A stretch of 64,000 nt of DNA from Candidatus Yonathbacteria bacterium RIFCSPLOWO2_01_FULL_43_27 (GCA_001823545.1 MHUV01000006.1:27437-91436); one strand, 5' to 3'. Counted from the stretch's first letter, positions 10,829 to 21,628 are shown. Notes: a model not told the origin generated them from the letters alone. Translations and numbers: made by a program.

Positions 10829-12622
10829 TTAGTGACTATGGTGTTTATTATTTACCTTGTAAAAATATGAATCTTTATCTTGCAATAAATCCTGCGGCTT
10901 CCCTTCCTCTTCAATCATTCCTTCTCTTAAAACTAAAAGTTTGTCCACGTTCATAATAGTAGAGAGGCGGTGAGCGATGATAAACACCGTCACCGTTCCA
11001 TGGAGTTCGTTAATAGCCTTTTGAACCAAGAGTTCCGATTCATTATCCAAAGCGCTTGTCGCTTCATCAAGCACCAAGATTTCCGGTCGACGAGCAAGCA
11101 CCCGCGCTAAGGCAATTCGCTGTCGTTGTCCAACAGAAAGCATTACTCCTTTATCTCCAACAATCGTATCAAATCCTTCAGGTAGGCCCACGATAAAATC
11201 ATAGATATGCGCCTGTTTTGCGGCTCTTTCAATATCTTCTTGCGAGAGTGTGTTCTCGTAAAACTGGATATTGTGACGTATTGTTTCATTGACGAGGAAA
11301 ATATCTTGCGAAACGTAGCCAATGCGCGAACGCCATTCTCGAAGATCTATGTCTTGAATATTAACACTGTCGAGGGTAATCTCTCCTGCCGTTGGTTTGA
11401 AAAGGCGGAGGAACAGATCTGCTACTGATGTTTTTCCCGCTCCTGACGGTCCAATAAGTCCAATTGTTTCTCCTTTTCTTAGGGTGAAGGTTACATTTTT
11501 TAGAACAGTGTCAGACCCTTGTCCATAAGAAAAACCTACATTGTTAAACTGAAGCGAGGTATTGAACTTGAAAGGGTCGCGCTCTTTAGGTTCGACTTCT
11601 ATATTTTCAACAAGGTCCTTTTTAAAATTAATAACATTCGCCACATACGGCAGAAGCTCGCTCACCGAATGAAGCGCGCCTTGCCCCGACTGTAAATAAA
11701 TAAATATTTTCTGAATGAGATAGAGTGTTGCAGCAAATACGGCTATATTAAAACCTGGAGTTTTATACGCAAATGAAAAAATGATGATAACAAAAACTAC
11801 ACTGAATGGCTGAATAAAGATTGTGCCAAGTGCGTGTACTACAATATTCCGCACATAAAGAGTACGCAAAGACAAAAGAAGCTCCTTTGCTTTCTCAAAA
11901 ACCCTACCTTCTTCTCCTGATGCTTTTACCACCTTAAGTCCGCCAAGATGCTCAGTTATATGATGAGAAAGTTGTTTATCCACGAGGCTCGCTTGCTCAT
12001 TCACTGATTGAGTTTTCTTTACCAGTGGTCGCAAGATATAAACGAGAGCTACGCCAGCAGCAAGAGTAACAAGCGTAATCCTTGGGGATATACTGAGTGC
12101 GAAGACTAAATAAATAATGAGTCCACTAAACGACTGGATAATCTGTGTAAAAACATCTAAAAGATTTGCACTACGACGCACATCGGACACGACCGTGTTT
12201 TGCACATATCCTATTTTTTGCCTTAAAAGAAATGGCCAACGAGCACTGAACGTTGCCGATAAAATATCCGCCATTTCCGCATTAATGAATTCTGCTCCAA
12301 TGCGTGCGCGCACATAGGTAAATATCCCAAGAATAAACGCTCTCCCGATAAAAAGCGCTGCGACCATTGCCAAAAGATATCTGAAACTGAATGGTATTGA
12401 GAAAAAATCAAAAAAAACTTTTATGGTCTGGGAAATGGCACTGTTCTCCACCTGACTACCGTTTCCCAAGAGAAAAGACAGGGCGGGAATAACCGCACCC
12501 ACCCCAATACCTTCCAATATCCCTCCAAAAAAACCGAGAGCAACGAGAAGGATGACTTGGGCCTTGTATCGACCGAAAACATATTTAAAAATAGTAATTA
12601 ACCTAATCTTGTCTTTTTTCAT
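10829..12622 (-). CDS. ABC transporter, fused TMD + NBD (MsbA/PglK-like flippase)
   Basis: GPSGAGKT, LSVGQRQR, LDEATSALD. Confidence 0.9.
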   Translation of the reverse strand: MKKDKIRLITIFKYVFGRYKAQVILLVALGFFGGILEGIGVGAVIPALSFLLGNGSQVENSAISQTIKVFFDFFSIPFSFRYLLAMVAALFIGRAFILGIFTYVRARIGAEFINAEMADILSATFSARWPFLLRQKIGYVQNTVVSDVRRSANLLDVFTQIIQSFSGLIIYLVFALSISPRITLVTLAAGVALVYILRPLVKKTQSVNEQASLVDKQLSHHITEHLGGLKVVKASGEEGRVFEKAKELLLSLRTLYVRNIVVHALGTIFIQPFSVVFVIIIFSFAYKTPGFNIAVFAATLYLIQKIFIYLQSGQGALHSVSELLPYVANVINFKKDLVENIEVEPKERDPFKFNTSLQFNNVGFSYGQGSDTVLKNVTFTLRKGETIGLIGPSGAGKTSVADLFLRLFKPTAGEITLDSVNIQDIDLREWRSRIGYVSQDIFLVNETIRHNIQFYENTLSQEDIERAAKQAHIYDFIVGLPEGFDTIVGDKGVMLSVGQRQRIALARVLARRPEILVLDEATSALDNESELLVQKAINELHGTVTVFIIAHRLSTIMNVDKLLVLREGMIEEEGKPQDLLQDKDSYFYKVNNKHHSH

Positions 12623-12688
12623 ATAAATACAGATAGCGTATACCCGAGTATATCATCTTTGGCCACTGAAAAAAACTTTGCCGAGCAT

Positions 12689-12723
12689 AAAAAAATGCCC
12701 CCAGTTTTTAAAGCTGGGGGCAT
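12689..12723 (-). terminator. Intrinsic terminator after the GAPDH-like gene
   Basis: atgcccccag...ctgggggcat hairpin with an A-tract on + (T-tract on -). Confidence 0.75.
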
Positions 12724-12741
12724 CATGACTGAAATGAATTG

Positions 12742-13752
12742 CTATAGCTTCGCAACGATATGTTTCGCGAGTTCATGCATCCTGATGCCCGACCCCTCGT
12801 TGTAAAAATACCCGAAGAGATGAATGATGTCACCTACAACCTCGATTTCATCTTCGACGATTACCATCGAGTAGGGAGACCCAATATGGGCTCCAGGCCC
12901 GTTGTCTACAGACACCATTCCGATAAGACCGTCGAGACGACCACTCTTCCCGACTGCCTCTTTGAGCACACCAACCGCTTCTTCTCTTGTCACGGGTTTT
13001 TCAACCCGGAACGCGAAATCAATGATTGACGCACCTGCCCATGGGATAACGGTGTACTTCACTGCAATCTTTCCGTTAAGAAACGGTAACAACTGCGGCG
13101 CCATCCGCTCCAATGTGCAAAACTTACGCTGAAGAGTCTGCGTCTCGCTATAAAGGAGACGATGCTCCTGCACATTATGGATAACGTGCACGGTGCATCC
13201 TACGACGCAGAACATGTCGTTCATTGTTGCCGTAAGCACTACGCCAGGGTTGACTGTACATGAGCCGTACGATACAACCTTGTGTTTCGTGGGGTCAAAA
13301 CTCTCGTGGTTATACCCCATAACAAGCGTTGCATCGGCGTCATAGCAGGTCGCTGACACAATGACCGTCTTGGTCTTACCGACCAGAAACGGCCTACATA
13401 GATCTGCTCCCGATGACCGCCCCCCTGAACACTCGAAGAAAATTCCCGGTTCACCAAGCCATCCCGCCCTTTCTGCAGGGCCACTCGAGATAGAGATGTG
13501 TTCTGTCCTTCCGTCCGGTGCCTGAATCATCAAGACTGTTCCCGTTAACACAATTTTGCATTTCCGGAAACCAGTTACCAGTGAATCACTTTTGATGATT
13601 GAGGAAATCTTCTCCGGTGTTAACTGTTCATCATTGATAAACCCAATCCGGTACGGCGCATGGCGGTCGTTAAACCACCACCATAACAAGTTGAGGGCGA
13701 AGCGCCCAAAACCGTTCATTCCGACCAAAACCCTGTTATCCTCTTTAGGCAT
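12742..13752 (-). CDS. Divergent GAPDH-family aldehyde dehydrogenase
   Basis: GMNGFGRF Rossmann motif, FECSG, catalytic SYGSCTVN (cf. SNASCTTN), FYNE (cf. WYDNE). Confidence 0.8.
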   Translation of the reverse strand: MPKEDNRVLVGMNGFGRFALNLLWWWFNDRHAPYRIGFINDEQLTPEKISSIIKSDSLVTGFRKCKIVLTGTVLMIQAPDGRTEHISISSGPAERAGWLGEPGIFFECSGGRSSGADLCRPFLVGKTKTVIVSATCYDADATLVMGYNHESFDPTKHKVVSYGSCTVNPGVVLTATMNDMFCVVGCTVHVIHNVQEHRLLYSETQTLQRKFCTLERMAPQLLPFLNGKIAVKYTVIPWAGASIIDFAFRVEKPVTREEAVGVLKEAVGKSGRLDGLIGMVSVDNGPGAHIGSPYSMVIVEDEIEVVGDIIHLFGYFYNEGSGIRMHELAKHIVAKL

Positions 13753-13820
13753 AATAGCCCTCCTTTTTTATATGGTACTTCTAAATATAGAATAACACAT
13801 ATTTAATCAAAACACAAGGG

Positions 13821-15056
13821 CTACGCAGGGATAGTTTCTATATGAAGCGTGTCACGAATTTTATTTTCAAGGGCAAGTAATTGTTCGTAAGTATCTGTCA
13901 CGCACGTAATAAAGTTGGTACGGGTTGCTGAATGTATGTACGGCTTCACCATATCCCCCTCTTTAACAAGGAGAGTGATGTCGGCAACACCGGGAATTGC
14001 TAGGGCTTCATCAAGTCCTGATATTTTTTTCACAATACCTGGTTCTGGGAAAATAGCAAAGGTGGAAGACCATTTCACCCATCGAGGAATGAGATCGAGA
14101 GGGTCAAGTGGCTGACCAAGCGCAATATCCATGGTCGCCTTCATAAGGTCAATCCCGAACGAAAGTGGTTTGCGAAGTTGTGAATCATGTCCACCCGAGG
14201 TACGCGCAGTTATTTCAATAATCTCCACCTCTCCAGTATCATCCCGTACAATAAGATCCCCTTTAAATGCACCATCAGAAATACCAACTGCCTTCGCAGC
14301 ATCTCTCATTTTTCGATACATCTCATCTTGAGTTGCCGCAGGAAGAAGCGACGGGGTTCGCGACCCCGACTGCACCGCGTATGCTTCCTTTGTTTGAAAA
14401 ACTCTGTCAGAAATACCTGCAGGATAAAGAACTCCATTATATAAAATTGTGTCGACGCTGTATTCAATGCCAGTGATTTCTTTTTCAATCAGAACAGCTT
14501 TTTCTATAAAGCATGCATTGAGAGCATCTTCTATCGCCTTACTCAGCCCTGCCGAAGAGGTGAGTCGCGTCATGCCACGTGATGCTGAATTGTCTATCGG
14601 CTTCACATAACAAGGGTACCCAACACGAGCGACCAGAGTATCGGCATCTGCCAAACTTTCCACAACGACAAACGGAACTTTGCTCACACCATGTTCTGTA
14701 AGAAGGCGGCGTGTACGTACTTTATTATTACAATTAAAAGCGCTCTCGGGGTCAATTCCCGGAAGTCCCGCGGCGTGAGCCGCAAGAGCCACAATATGTT
14801 CAACATCGGCTCCTTGTGTATACACGCCTTGAATCTTTCCCTGAGAAGCCAGATCCTTGGCAAGTGTGGCAATTCCATCAGCGTCCCTCGTGCTAATCAA
14901 ATAAAAATGATCAGCGAGATTGCGGGCGGCACAGTGCTCGGAACCATCAACGAGATATGTTTCTATACCAAGCTCCCGAGCCCGCTTAAGCGCAAATGTC
15001 TGGAGAATACCACCACTTACCACCAGTAATCCTTTTTTTATTTCTGTTCCAGCCAT
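13821..15056 (-). CDS. ATP-grasp domain ligase
   Basis: YPCYVKPIDNSASRG, IEKEITGIEYSVD, IIEITARTSGG; likely start MAGTE at 15056. Confidence 0.85.
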   Translation of the reverse strand: MAGTEIKKGLLVVSGGILQTFALKRARELGIETYLVDGSEHCAARNLADHFYLISTRDADGIATLAKDLASQGKIQGVYTQGADVEHIVALAAHAAGLPGIDPESAFNCNNKVRTRRLLTEHGVSKVPFVVVESLADADTLVARVGYPCYVKPIDNSASRGMTRLTSSAGLSKAIEDALNACFIEKAVLIEKEITGIEYSVDTILYNGVLYPAGISDRVFQTKEAYAVQSGSRTPSLLPAATQDEMYRKMRDAAKAVGISDGAFKGDLIVRDDTGEVEIIEITARTSGGHDSQLRKPLSFGIDLMKATMDIALGQPLDPLDLIPRWVKWSSTFAIFPEPGIVKKISGLDEALAIPGVADITLLVKEGDMVKPYIHSATRTNFITCVTDTYEQLLALENKIRDTLHIETIPA

Positions 15057-15706
15057 TGATAGAAATGCTGCATCGTTGTAAAGGAGAGTACCTCCAGTGG
15101 CAACGGCACGCTTTGTTCGTTCCCAATATAACACGCAATAGAACCAACAGCAAGCGCGCCTTCGATATCTTTTATAAGATGATCGCCCACATAGAGAAGT
15201 TCGTGAGGAAGGATTCCCTCCTCTTTAATGCACATATTAAAAAAGGCAGGGTCTGGCTTTTGATGTTCATCCCCATAGTAAATAAAATCGCACAATTCAC
15301 TGAAACCTGCGCGCACAATTCTCTGTTCCTGATAACTCTTCAATCCATCAGTAATGATGCCGATACGAAACCCTTTTTGCTTAAGCAGTTTAATAACTTC
15401 TCGCGAATACTCGTTCACATACTCCTTGTCACCCTGTTCCTTACGGAAAGAACTGATCAGTGAATCTTTGTAGTCCTCGGGCAACCCCAACACGCAGAAC
15501 GTGTCGTCTAGATGATTTTTATATTTATACCCTTTTGCTTCAAAAATCGAAAAGAACGTCTTTTGAAGATCGGGGTGCATGTGAGAAAAATTCTCAAGAG
15601 TTTTCTGCCATCGGTGTCGCACCAGAGACTGCTCATCCACAAGCGTTTGGTCAAAATCAAAAGCTACAACTTTTATAGTTGAGAAAAATTCATGTGGTGA
15701 TCGCAT
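15038..15706 (-). CDS. HAD-superfamily hydrolase
   Basis: FDFDQTL, KPDP, VGDH..DI motifs; likely start 15706. Confidence 0.9.
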   Translation of the reverse strand: MRSPHEFFSTIKVVAFDFDQTLVDEQSLVRHRWQKTLENFSHMHPDLQKTFFSIFEAKGYKYKNHLDDTFCVLGLPEDYKDSLISSFRKEQGDKEYVNEYSREVIKLLKQKGFRIGIITDGLKSYQEQRIVRAGFSELCDFIYYGDEHQKPDPAFFNMCIKEEGILPHELLYVGDHLIKDIEGALAVGSIACYIGNEQSVPLPLEVLSFTTMQHFYQWLEQK

Positions 15707-15710
15707 AATA

Positions 15711-16604
15711 TTATTTTTTGCGTGCAATAATAATGAATTCTCTACCAATCCCTTGTGTTCCAAGTGTTCTGTATATCGAATTCAATAGTATGCTGTTCTC
15801 TCGATAAAGATTCATTTCAAACTCTTTTCGCTCACGATGACATTCCCTCCCGAGCGCTGAATCTTTCACATAGTTTTTCCCTGAAAGAAGGAAGAATTCC
15901 ATGGGGAACGTACTGAGACTTTCCTTAACTTCAAATCCAGTTTTAGAAAGTAAGTTTCCCATCGAATTGGCATCAAAATAATTGAGGTGATGTGTTGGCA
16001 CAACCCACCATGGCTTAAATTTAAGCTTCTTCTGCAGTATTTCCTGCAAAGGATTGTAATCATTAGGACAAAAAATCGCAATAATACCATTCGGCTTTAA
16101 CAACTTCTTCATATCCTCGATAAAAGTAGCTGGATTCGGAACGTGTTCAAGGACCATACTTGCATGAATAACATCAAAAGGTCCGTACTGTTTCGCAGAC
16201 TCATAGCTAAAAAAATCATTTACCACTGCGAGCTTGCGACGTTTAGAATATTCCCATGCGTCAACAGAAGGCTCCAACCCGAGAACATCCCATCCTCGCT
16301 TCTTGCCACACACCAAAAAATGTCCAGGGCCAGAGCCAACATCTAAAATTTTTCTTCCTTTAGTGTACGTCTCTAAGAGAGTGTAGTAATTATTGTACGT
16401 TGCCATCCACCACGAAAGATCCTCCTTTGTTTCTTTAAAATAATTCGGTTTTCCCTTTGAGTAGAACTCTTCTTCGTAAAACTTTGCAAGCTCTTCTTCG
16501 GAAGGAATTGGATTAACATGTTTAAAGCCACACGAAATACATTCGATAATCGAAACACCTTCCTTCTTGTCCAGTATTTTTCCTTTATGTATTATTTTTT
16601 TCAT
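15711..16604 (-). CDS. Class I SAM-dependent methyltransferase
   Basis: ILDVGSGPG, VLEHVP; start 16604 overlaps the upstream gene stop (ATGA). Confidence 0.85.
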   Translation of the reverse strand: MKKIIHKGKILDKKEGVSIIECISCGFKHVNPIPSEEELAKFYEEEFYSKGKPNYFKETKEDLSWWMATYNNYYTLLETYTKGRKILDVGSGPGHFLVCGKKRGWDVLGLEPSVDAWEYSKRRKLAVVNDFFSYESAKQYGPFDVIHASMVLEHVPNPATFIEDMKKLLKPNGIIAIFCPNDYNPLQEILQKKLKFKPWWVVPTHHLNYFDANSMGNLLSKTGFEVKESLSTFPMEFFLLSGKNYVKDSALGRECHRERKEFEMNLYRENSILLNSIYRTLGTQGIGREFIIIARKK

Positions 16605-17743
16605 TTTGTTTCTAAAAAATCCTCCCAAGTAATCGGCGCGCGAGCCTTAATGGCGCGGAGTACTTTTTTCCCAATGACAAGCCCTGCATCTTTTGGCGCG
16701 ATACCTCCCCATGGACGAAGGGTGATAATCATATCCTCAGTCAGGAGTGACCCTGCGGGAATATCTCGTATAGCATAGAGCGAGCGACGCGCCCACCTAT
16801 CCGCAATCTCGTCCTTGCCTAATGCATGATCCTCACCAGAAACAGGTTGCTTGATGCCCACTCTTGAAAGCGCCTGCTCAGCGTTACGAATTTCCTCAAC
16901 CGTGCGTTTAAAATCATCAATCTCGAGAGAATTAAGATCATCATTACTTCCTCCATCTCGTTCCGTAGTAAAGTGCTTCTCTATGACACACGCACCAAGT
17001 GCCACCGCAGCAATAGGAGCAGCGAGAAATGGGGGCTTGGAATGATCAGAATACCCGACAGGAAGTTTAAACGCCTCCTCAAGTGTTTCTATAGCACGAA
17101 GATTTAGATCAGCAAAACTTTTTGGCGGGTAAATTGAAATGCAGTGGAGCAAAATAATCTCATTGTTCCCCTCTTCTTGGATCACGCGCACTGCGTGTGC
17201 GACTTCTTCTAGATACGCCATGCCAGTCGACAAAATGATTGGTTTTCCCTTTCGCGCAATATATCGCAAGAGAACATCATCAGTCATTTCATACGATGCA
17301 ATCTTAAATGCTGGCACTCCTGCCGTCTCAAGAAAATCAGCGGCATCTTTATCAAACGGAGACGAGAGAAACATAATATTATGTTTCTTTGCATGAGCAA
17401 TGAGTTTATCTGTCCACTCAAATGGGATCTCGGCCGACCGATAAAATTCCGAAAATGCACCCACGGGTTTCCCGTGCCATTCTTCATATACAATAGTATC
17501 CGCAGCAATTTTATCATGCGTCAAATGCTGAAACTTTATCGCATCTGCACCCGCCTCAGCAGCAAGCTCTATTGATCTAAGTGCCTCCTCAATTTTACCT
17601 CGATGATTTGCCCCTACTTCAGCAATAACGAACACCGGTTGACCCTTACCCACCAGCCTGTTGCCGATGGTAACCACCTCTACCGGCTCATAGGTAAGGT
17701 TTTTTGGCAAGCTCTCAAAAAATTGTTTTCTTTCTATTCCCAT
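16601..17743 (-). CDS. Nonulosonic acid synthase (PseI/NeuB family, SAF domain)
   Basis: IAEVGANHRG, ADAIKFQ, GYSDHS, IEKHFT, C-terminal SAF. Confidence 0.92.
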   Translation of the reverse strand: MGIERKQFFESLPKNLTYEPVEVVTIGNRLVGKGQPVFVIAEVGANHRGKIEEALRSIELAAEAGADAIKFQHLTHDKIAADTIVYEEWHGKPVGAFSEFYRSAEIPFEWTDKLIAHAKKHNIMFLSSPFDKDAADFLETAGVPAFKIASYEMTDDVLLRYIARKGKPIILSTGMAYLEEVAHAVRVIQEEGNNEIILLHCISIYPPKSFADLNLRAIETLEEAFKLPVGYSDHSKPPFLAAPIAAVALGACVIEKHFTTERDGGSNDDLNSLEIDDFKRTVEEIRNAEQALSRVGIKQPVSGEDHALGKDEIADRWARRSLYAIRDIPAGSLLTEDMIITLRPWGGIAPKDAGLVIGKKVLRAIKARAPITWEDFLETK

Positions 17744-17802
17744 ATTATGTTCAATATCTTTACTATACTACAAGAAAGACGATTCTGTGCAAACCCATCA
17801 AT

Positions 17803-19269
17803 TTATACCTCTCTCTCCAATTTATCCTCGCGTGCAGTCCCCTGTTTCCCATATTCGCCATGTATTACCATTGCAGTCCCCCGTTCTTCGTTTTGCACGC
17901 GTTTTAAATATGCAGGACTTTTTTTTACCGTATCAATAATTTCTATAAACTTTTTATCCCGATAGGGTAAAATAGACTCTGCAGCAGTGAACTGCACCTG
18001 CACGCCTCGAAGTTTACATTCGTTTACGATGCGCTTTGTTTCAGCGTCGGGTTGCATCAATGTTTCAAAATGTTCGTACATCGCACGCACACGTGGAATA
18101 TGGTATTCATTTGTAATAAACACGACACACCTCAATCCTCTCTCGTGAACAATTTTCATCGTTTCGCCAATCTGAGAAAGTGTGTCTGTCGACTGCTCTT
18201 CTAGAATGATTCTATTTCGCAGAATTGAAAGTTGTTCCAATTCATTCTGAAAAACAGTCGCCTGTGCTTGCTCAGGGTGATGTGCGCCCGTTGCTATAAT
18301 CATTGCTTTAGGGAAGAATCCTGCCAATTCCGCAACAGCCAGAACACGCGCCTCTCCCCACAGGATACCAAAAGCATCCCCCTCATCAGTTCGCGTAGAA
18401 CGATACTTAGTCACCCCATCCTGCGTCACCTCTTTTACGATACCTCCGGATATCAATACGATTGCATCAGGTTCAAAACCAACCACACGTTCATAGAGAT
18501 CGTGCTTTTGTTGAAACTGTTCATCTTCTTTTAATGATTTATGATATCCTTCATACCCCGTTCCACCAACATTAATCGAGTGTAATTCAGGCTTTTCCGA
18601 CAAAAGGTTGAGCACCTCATCTTTTGAAAAAACCGAGTTTTGAGGATAGAGGTTCTCAAAAATTTTCGTAACAAAAATAAAATCTTCAGGAGTATCCACC
18701 GACCAATGCATTGCAGAAAAATCCTCAACACCACTCTGCCATGCTCGCACACGAAACATCTCCGGATGGTTATACACATACGGTGTTACATGTTCACGTT
18801 CTGACGGCTTCACTGCCTCTTTCCATGCCCGCTCAAGCGTGCTAAATGAAAAGATTTCCATATCAAGCCCTTCGGGATAATTGGATGGTTTTGAGGCATA
18901 ATCAACGTCCGTAGCATTCTTCAAAAAATACTCTATCGTTTCATCGATGACCTTTGGGTCGGAGAGTGGGCAATCCCCTGTTACCCGAACGACAATATCC
19001 GCCTGTGCTTCTCGTGCCGCTTGGTAGTAACGATCGAGAACATCTGATTCACTCCCTCGGAAACATTCTACACCAGCCTCCTGCGCCATGCGTGCAATAA
19101 TGTCATCTTCGTCCTTAATCGTGGTTGCAACAACAACCCTATCAACAAACCGTGATTGCTTCACTCTCTCAATTTGATGCACGAGCATCGGTTTCCCGAG
19201 AATAAGTTTCGAGACTTTTCCCGGTAGTCGTGTTGAACCCATTCTTGCTTGGATGATGCAGACGATCAT
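17803..19269 (-). CDS. SpsF-like cytidylyltransferase fused to a YdcF/DUF218 domain
   Basis: IIQARMGSTRLPGK, VTGDCP, REHVT, SVDTPED; C-terminal EEQSTDT...ITNEYHIPRV. Confidence 0.85.
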   Translation of the reverse strand: MIVCIIQARMGSTRLPGKVSKLILGKPMLVHQIERVKQSRFVDRVVVATTIKDEDDIIARMAQEAGVECFRGSESDVLDRYYQAAREAQADIVVRVTGDCPLSDPKVIDETIEYFLKNATDVDYASKPSNYPEGLDMEIFSFSTLERAWKEAVKPSEREHVTPYVYNHPEMFRVRAWQSGVEDFSAMHWSVDTPEDFIFVTKIFENLYPQNSVFSKDEVLNLLSEKPELHSINVGGTGYEGYHKSLKEDEQFQQKHDLYERVVGFEPDAIVLISGGIVKEVTQDGVTKYRSTRTDEGDAFGILWGEARVLAVAELAGFFPKAMIIATGAHHPEQAQATVFQNELEQLSILRNRIILEEQSTDTLSQIGETMKIVHERGLRCVVFITNEYHIPRVRAMYEHFETLMQPDAETKRIVNECKLRGVQVQFTAAESILPYRDKKFIEIIDTVKKSPAYLKRVQNEERGTAMVIHGEYGKQGTAREDKLEREV

Positions 19270-19285
19270 ATATTTAATACAATGA

Positions 19286-20278
19286 CTAAATTTTTGTAAC
19301 TGCCTTTATCTTATCACTAAGGAGGAGCTTCACGACCCGTTCGCCGGCGTGAATATCGAGAGAATGTTTTACGGACCCGTCTTTTATTAATTGTACAAAA
19401 TGCTTCAACTCTTCGACATATCTCTTGTTTGGCTCAAAAGAATATTTTTGCACCAAGGATTGCTCCCCTGGAAGCTCCACCGTGATTTCATGTGCTATAA
19501 AATCAACCTCTATCGTCCCCTTTTCCCCAACGACGACCATGTAACTCTTTGATATTCTCTGCAAAAAATCTGTTTGGCACATCACCACAATATTGCGATC
19601 CGTCTTCATGAGACAAAAAACGCTATCGTCTACGTCCATTTCCAAATCGCTCAGCCGTGCTCTCCATCCTGAGAGTTCTTCTATCTCGCCAAAGAGCCAC
19701 CCCATAGAATCAAACAAATGACTCATACTGGTAAACAGCGCGCCACCACCGAGTTTCTTCTGCGCCGCATATTCTGTTCGGTAATCCATCGTCGGATGCC
19801 AGTCCGGTAAATACTGACCACTCAACAAGTTCACGTGATAGATCTCTCCTATCACACCATCTTCAAAAAGTTTCTTCACAGACAAATAACCCTCATGGAA
19901 TCTATACGATTGCCCCATCATTACCACGACATTTTTTGACTCAATTGTTCTTATGAGGTCATCTATTCCCTCAAACGCCGTAGCAAGTGGCTTTTCAATA
20001 AAAATATGTATTCCTTTCTCGGCGAGGAATTGTGCATTTTCAATATGAAATTGAGACGGCGTGGCGATTATTGCTGCAGTAATCTCAGGATTGTCTTCAC
20101 ACGCTTTTTTGTAATCCTCATAAAACTTTTCTGAATCTGTTTCCTCGGCAAGTTTTTTGGCGCGCTCAATATCGACATCACACACAATCGTACGCAAACC
20201 CAAAAAGCGCGCATTCTGCGCATGTCGACGGCCAATTGATCCGGCACCAATAATAAGAAATATCCCTTCCATATTCAT
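19286..20278 (-). CDS. Gfo/Idh/MocA family oxidoreductase
   Basis: IIGAGSIGRRH, IEKPL, GGGAL. Confidence 0.9.
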   Translation of the reverse strand: MNMEGIFLIIGAGSIGRRHAQNARFLGLRTIVCDVDIERAKKLAEETDSEKFYEDYKKACEDNPEITAAIIATPSQFHIENAQFLAEKGIHIFIEKPLATAFEGIDDLIRTIESKNVVVMMGQSYRFHEGYLSVKKLFEDGVIGEIYHVNLLSGQYLPDWHPTMDYRTEYAAQKKLGGGALFTSMSHLFDSMGWLFGEIEELSGWRARLSDLEMDVDDSVFCLMKTDRNIVVMCQTDFLQRISKSYMVVVGEKGTIEVDFIAHEITVELPGEQSLVQKYSFEPNKRYVEELKHFVQLIKDGSVKHSLDIHAGERVVKLLLSDKIKAVTKI

Positions 20279-20280
20279 AT

Positions 20281-21618
20281 CTAGTTTAACCGAGCGAATC
20301 CAGTGTGGGCTACCGGACCTCTCAGGCGTTTTTCGACCGTATTCGTATCAAGAGCCTCTTTCAAGATTTTGAATACTTCATCGACGGCCTTTTCGTACTT
20401 CTTTAAAATTGCATCCGTGTGTGCATAACTCGCAAAAACCATATTTGAAGCAAGAAACCCTCTCTGGAGCATCTCTTGAATGAACAGAGTTTTAAGTGCT
20501 TGATGTTTATCGCCATGCGCAAAGGTAAAATTACTAAATGGAGGTAGACCACCAGTTGTAATAGATAGACCATTCTTTTTAGCCTTATCGCTCCAGATTT
20601 TTTTGACCTTATTCCCAATAATTTGAAGCTTTTTCGCAACATTCAATCGTTTCATTTTTTTCAATGTTGCAAGCGCCGCCACAGGACCGAGTCTTTCTGT
20701 CCAGTTGGTGCTGGAAATAAATGTTACCTGTGCTGACTGCATTACTTCACGAGTACCGATGATTGCCGCCATCGCAAAACCGTTGCTGATAGCTTTTGCA
20801 AAAACTGCGATGTCAGGGTTAACACCATATAAGAGATGTGATCCTCCAAAATTCATCTTCCAACCGATACTCACTTCATCAAAAATAAGGACTGCGCCCG
20901 TCTTGTCTGCGATAGCGCGAACTTTCTTGAGAAAATCATCCTTAGGCTCCGCATTTTTCATCGGCTCTAAAACAATGACGCCTAACTCTTTGCCATGATT
21001 TGCCACAATATCCTCAAGCTCTTCAATGTGGTTAAAATGGAAAGGAAGTAAGGTACCTTTCAACCCACGTGGCACACCGCGTGGCTCTAGGCCAGGGAGA
21101 AGGTGCCCATCTAGGTTTTTATCATCAGACAAATTTGCCGAAAGATACCAATCAGCCCAGCCATGATACCCACAAAAAGCAACTTTATCTTTGCCTGTAA
21201 AAGCTCTCGCGATACGGATTGCGATAGCCATCGCCTCTCCTCCAGATCGAGCATACCTGACCATTTTTGCCCAAGGGTGAATTTTACAAAGCATTTCAGC
21301 AAGCTCCACTTCCTCAGGTGCGTTCAGGGTTGAGACCACCCCATTGTCAATTGCCTTTTTTACTGCCTTGTTGACATCAGAGTCAGCATAACCAAGGAGA
21401 GAACTCCCCACGCCCATAATAGACATATCAATAAATTTATTCCCATCCAAATCCCACACTTCAGCACCTTTAGCTTTTGTGTAATAGGATGGCCATCCAT
21501 TTGGAAGAAACATTTCAGAACGCTTGGAAAGAAGCTGATTCCCTCCAGGAATTATTTGCTTTGCTTTTTCCCAAAGTGCCTGTCCTTTTTTTGTACTTAC
21601 TATTTTTTGTTTTTTCAT
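20281..21618 (-). CDS. Class III PLP aminotransferase (GSA aminomutase-like)
   Basis: WDLDGNKFID, GYHGW, LIFDEV, FAKAISNG. Confidence 0.9.
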   Translation of the reverse strand: MKKQKIVSTKKGQALWEKAKQIIPGGNQLLSKRSEMFLPNGWPSYYTKAKGAEVWDLDGNKFIDMSIMGVGSSLLGYADSDVNKAVKKAIDNGVVSTLNAPEEVELAEMLCKIHPWAKMVRYARSGGEAMAIAIRIARAFTGKDKVAFCGYHGWADWYLSANLSDDKNLDGHLLPGLEPRGVPRGLKGTLLPFHFNHIEELEDIVANHGKELGVIVLEPMKNAEPKDDFLKKVRAIADKTGAVLIFDEVSIGWKMNFGGSHLLYGVNPDIAVFAKAISNGFAMAAIIGTREVMQSAQVTFISSTNWTERLGPVAALATLKKMKRLNVAKKLQIIGNKVKKIWSDKAKKNGLSITTGGLPPFSNFTFAHGDKHQALKTLFIQEMLQRGFLASNMVFASYAHTDAILKKYEKAVDEVFKILKEALDTNTVEKRLRGPVAHTGFARLN

Positions 21619-21628
21619 ATTTTTTAAA

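Noticed and set aside
20281-21618. hemL (tetrapyrrole synthesis)
   Set aside because: The context is nucleotide-sugar biosynthesis and no other hem genes are present.
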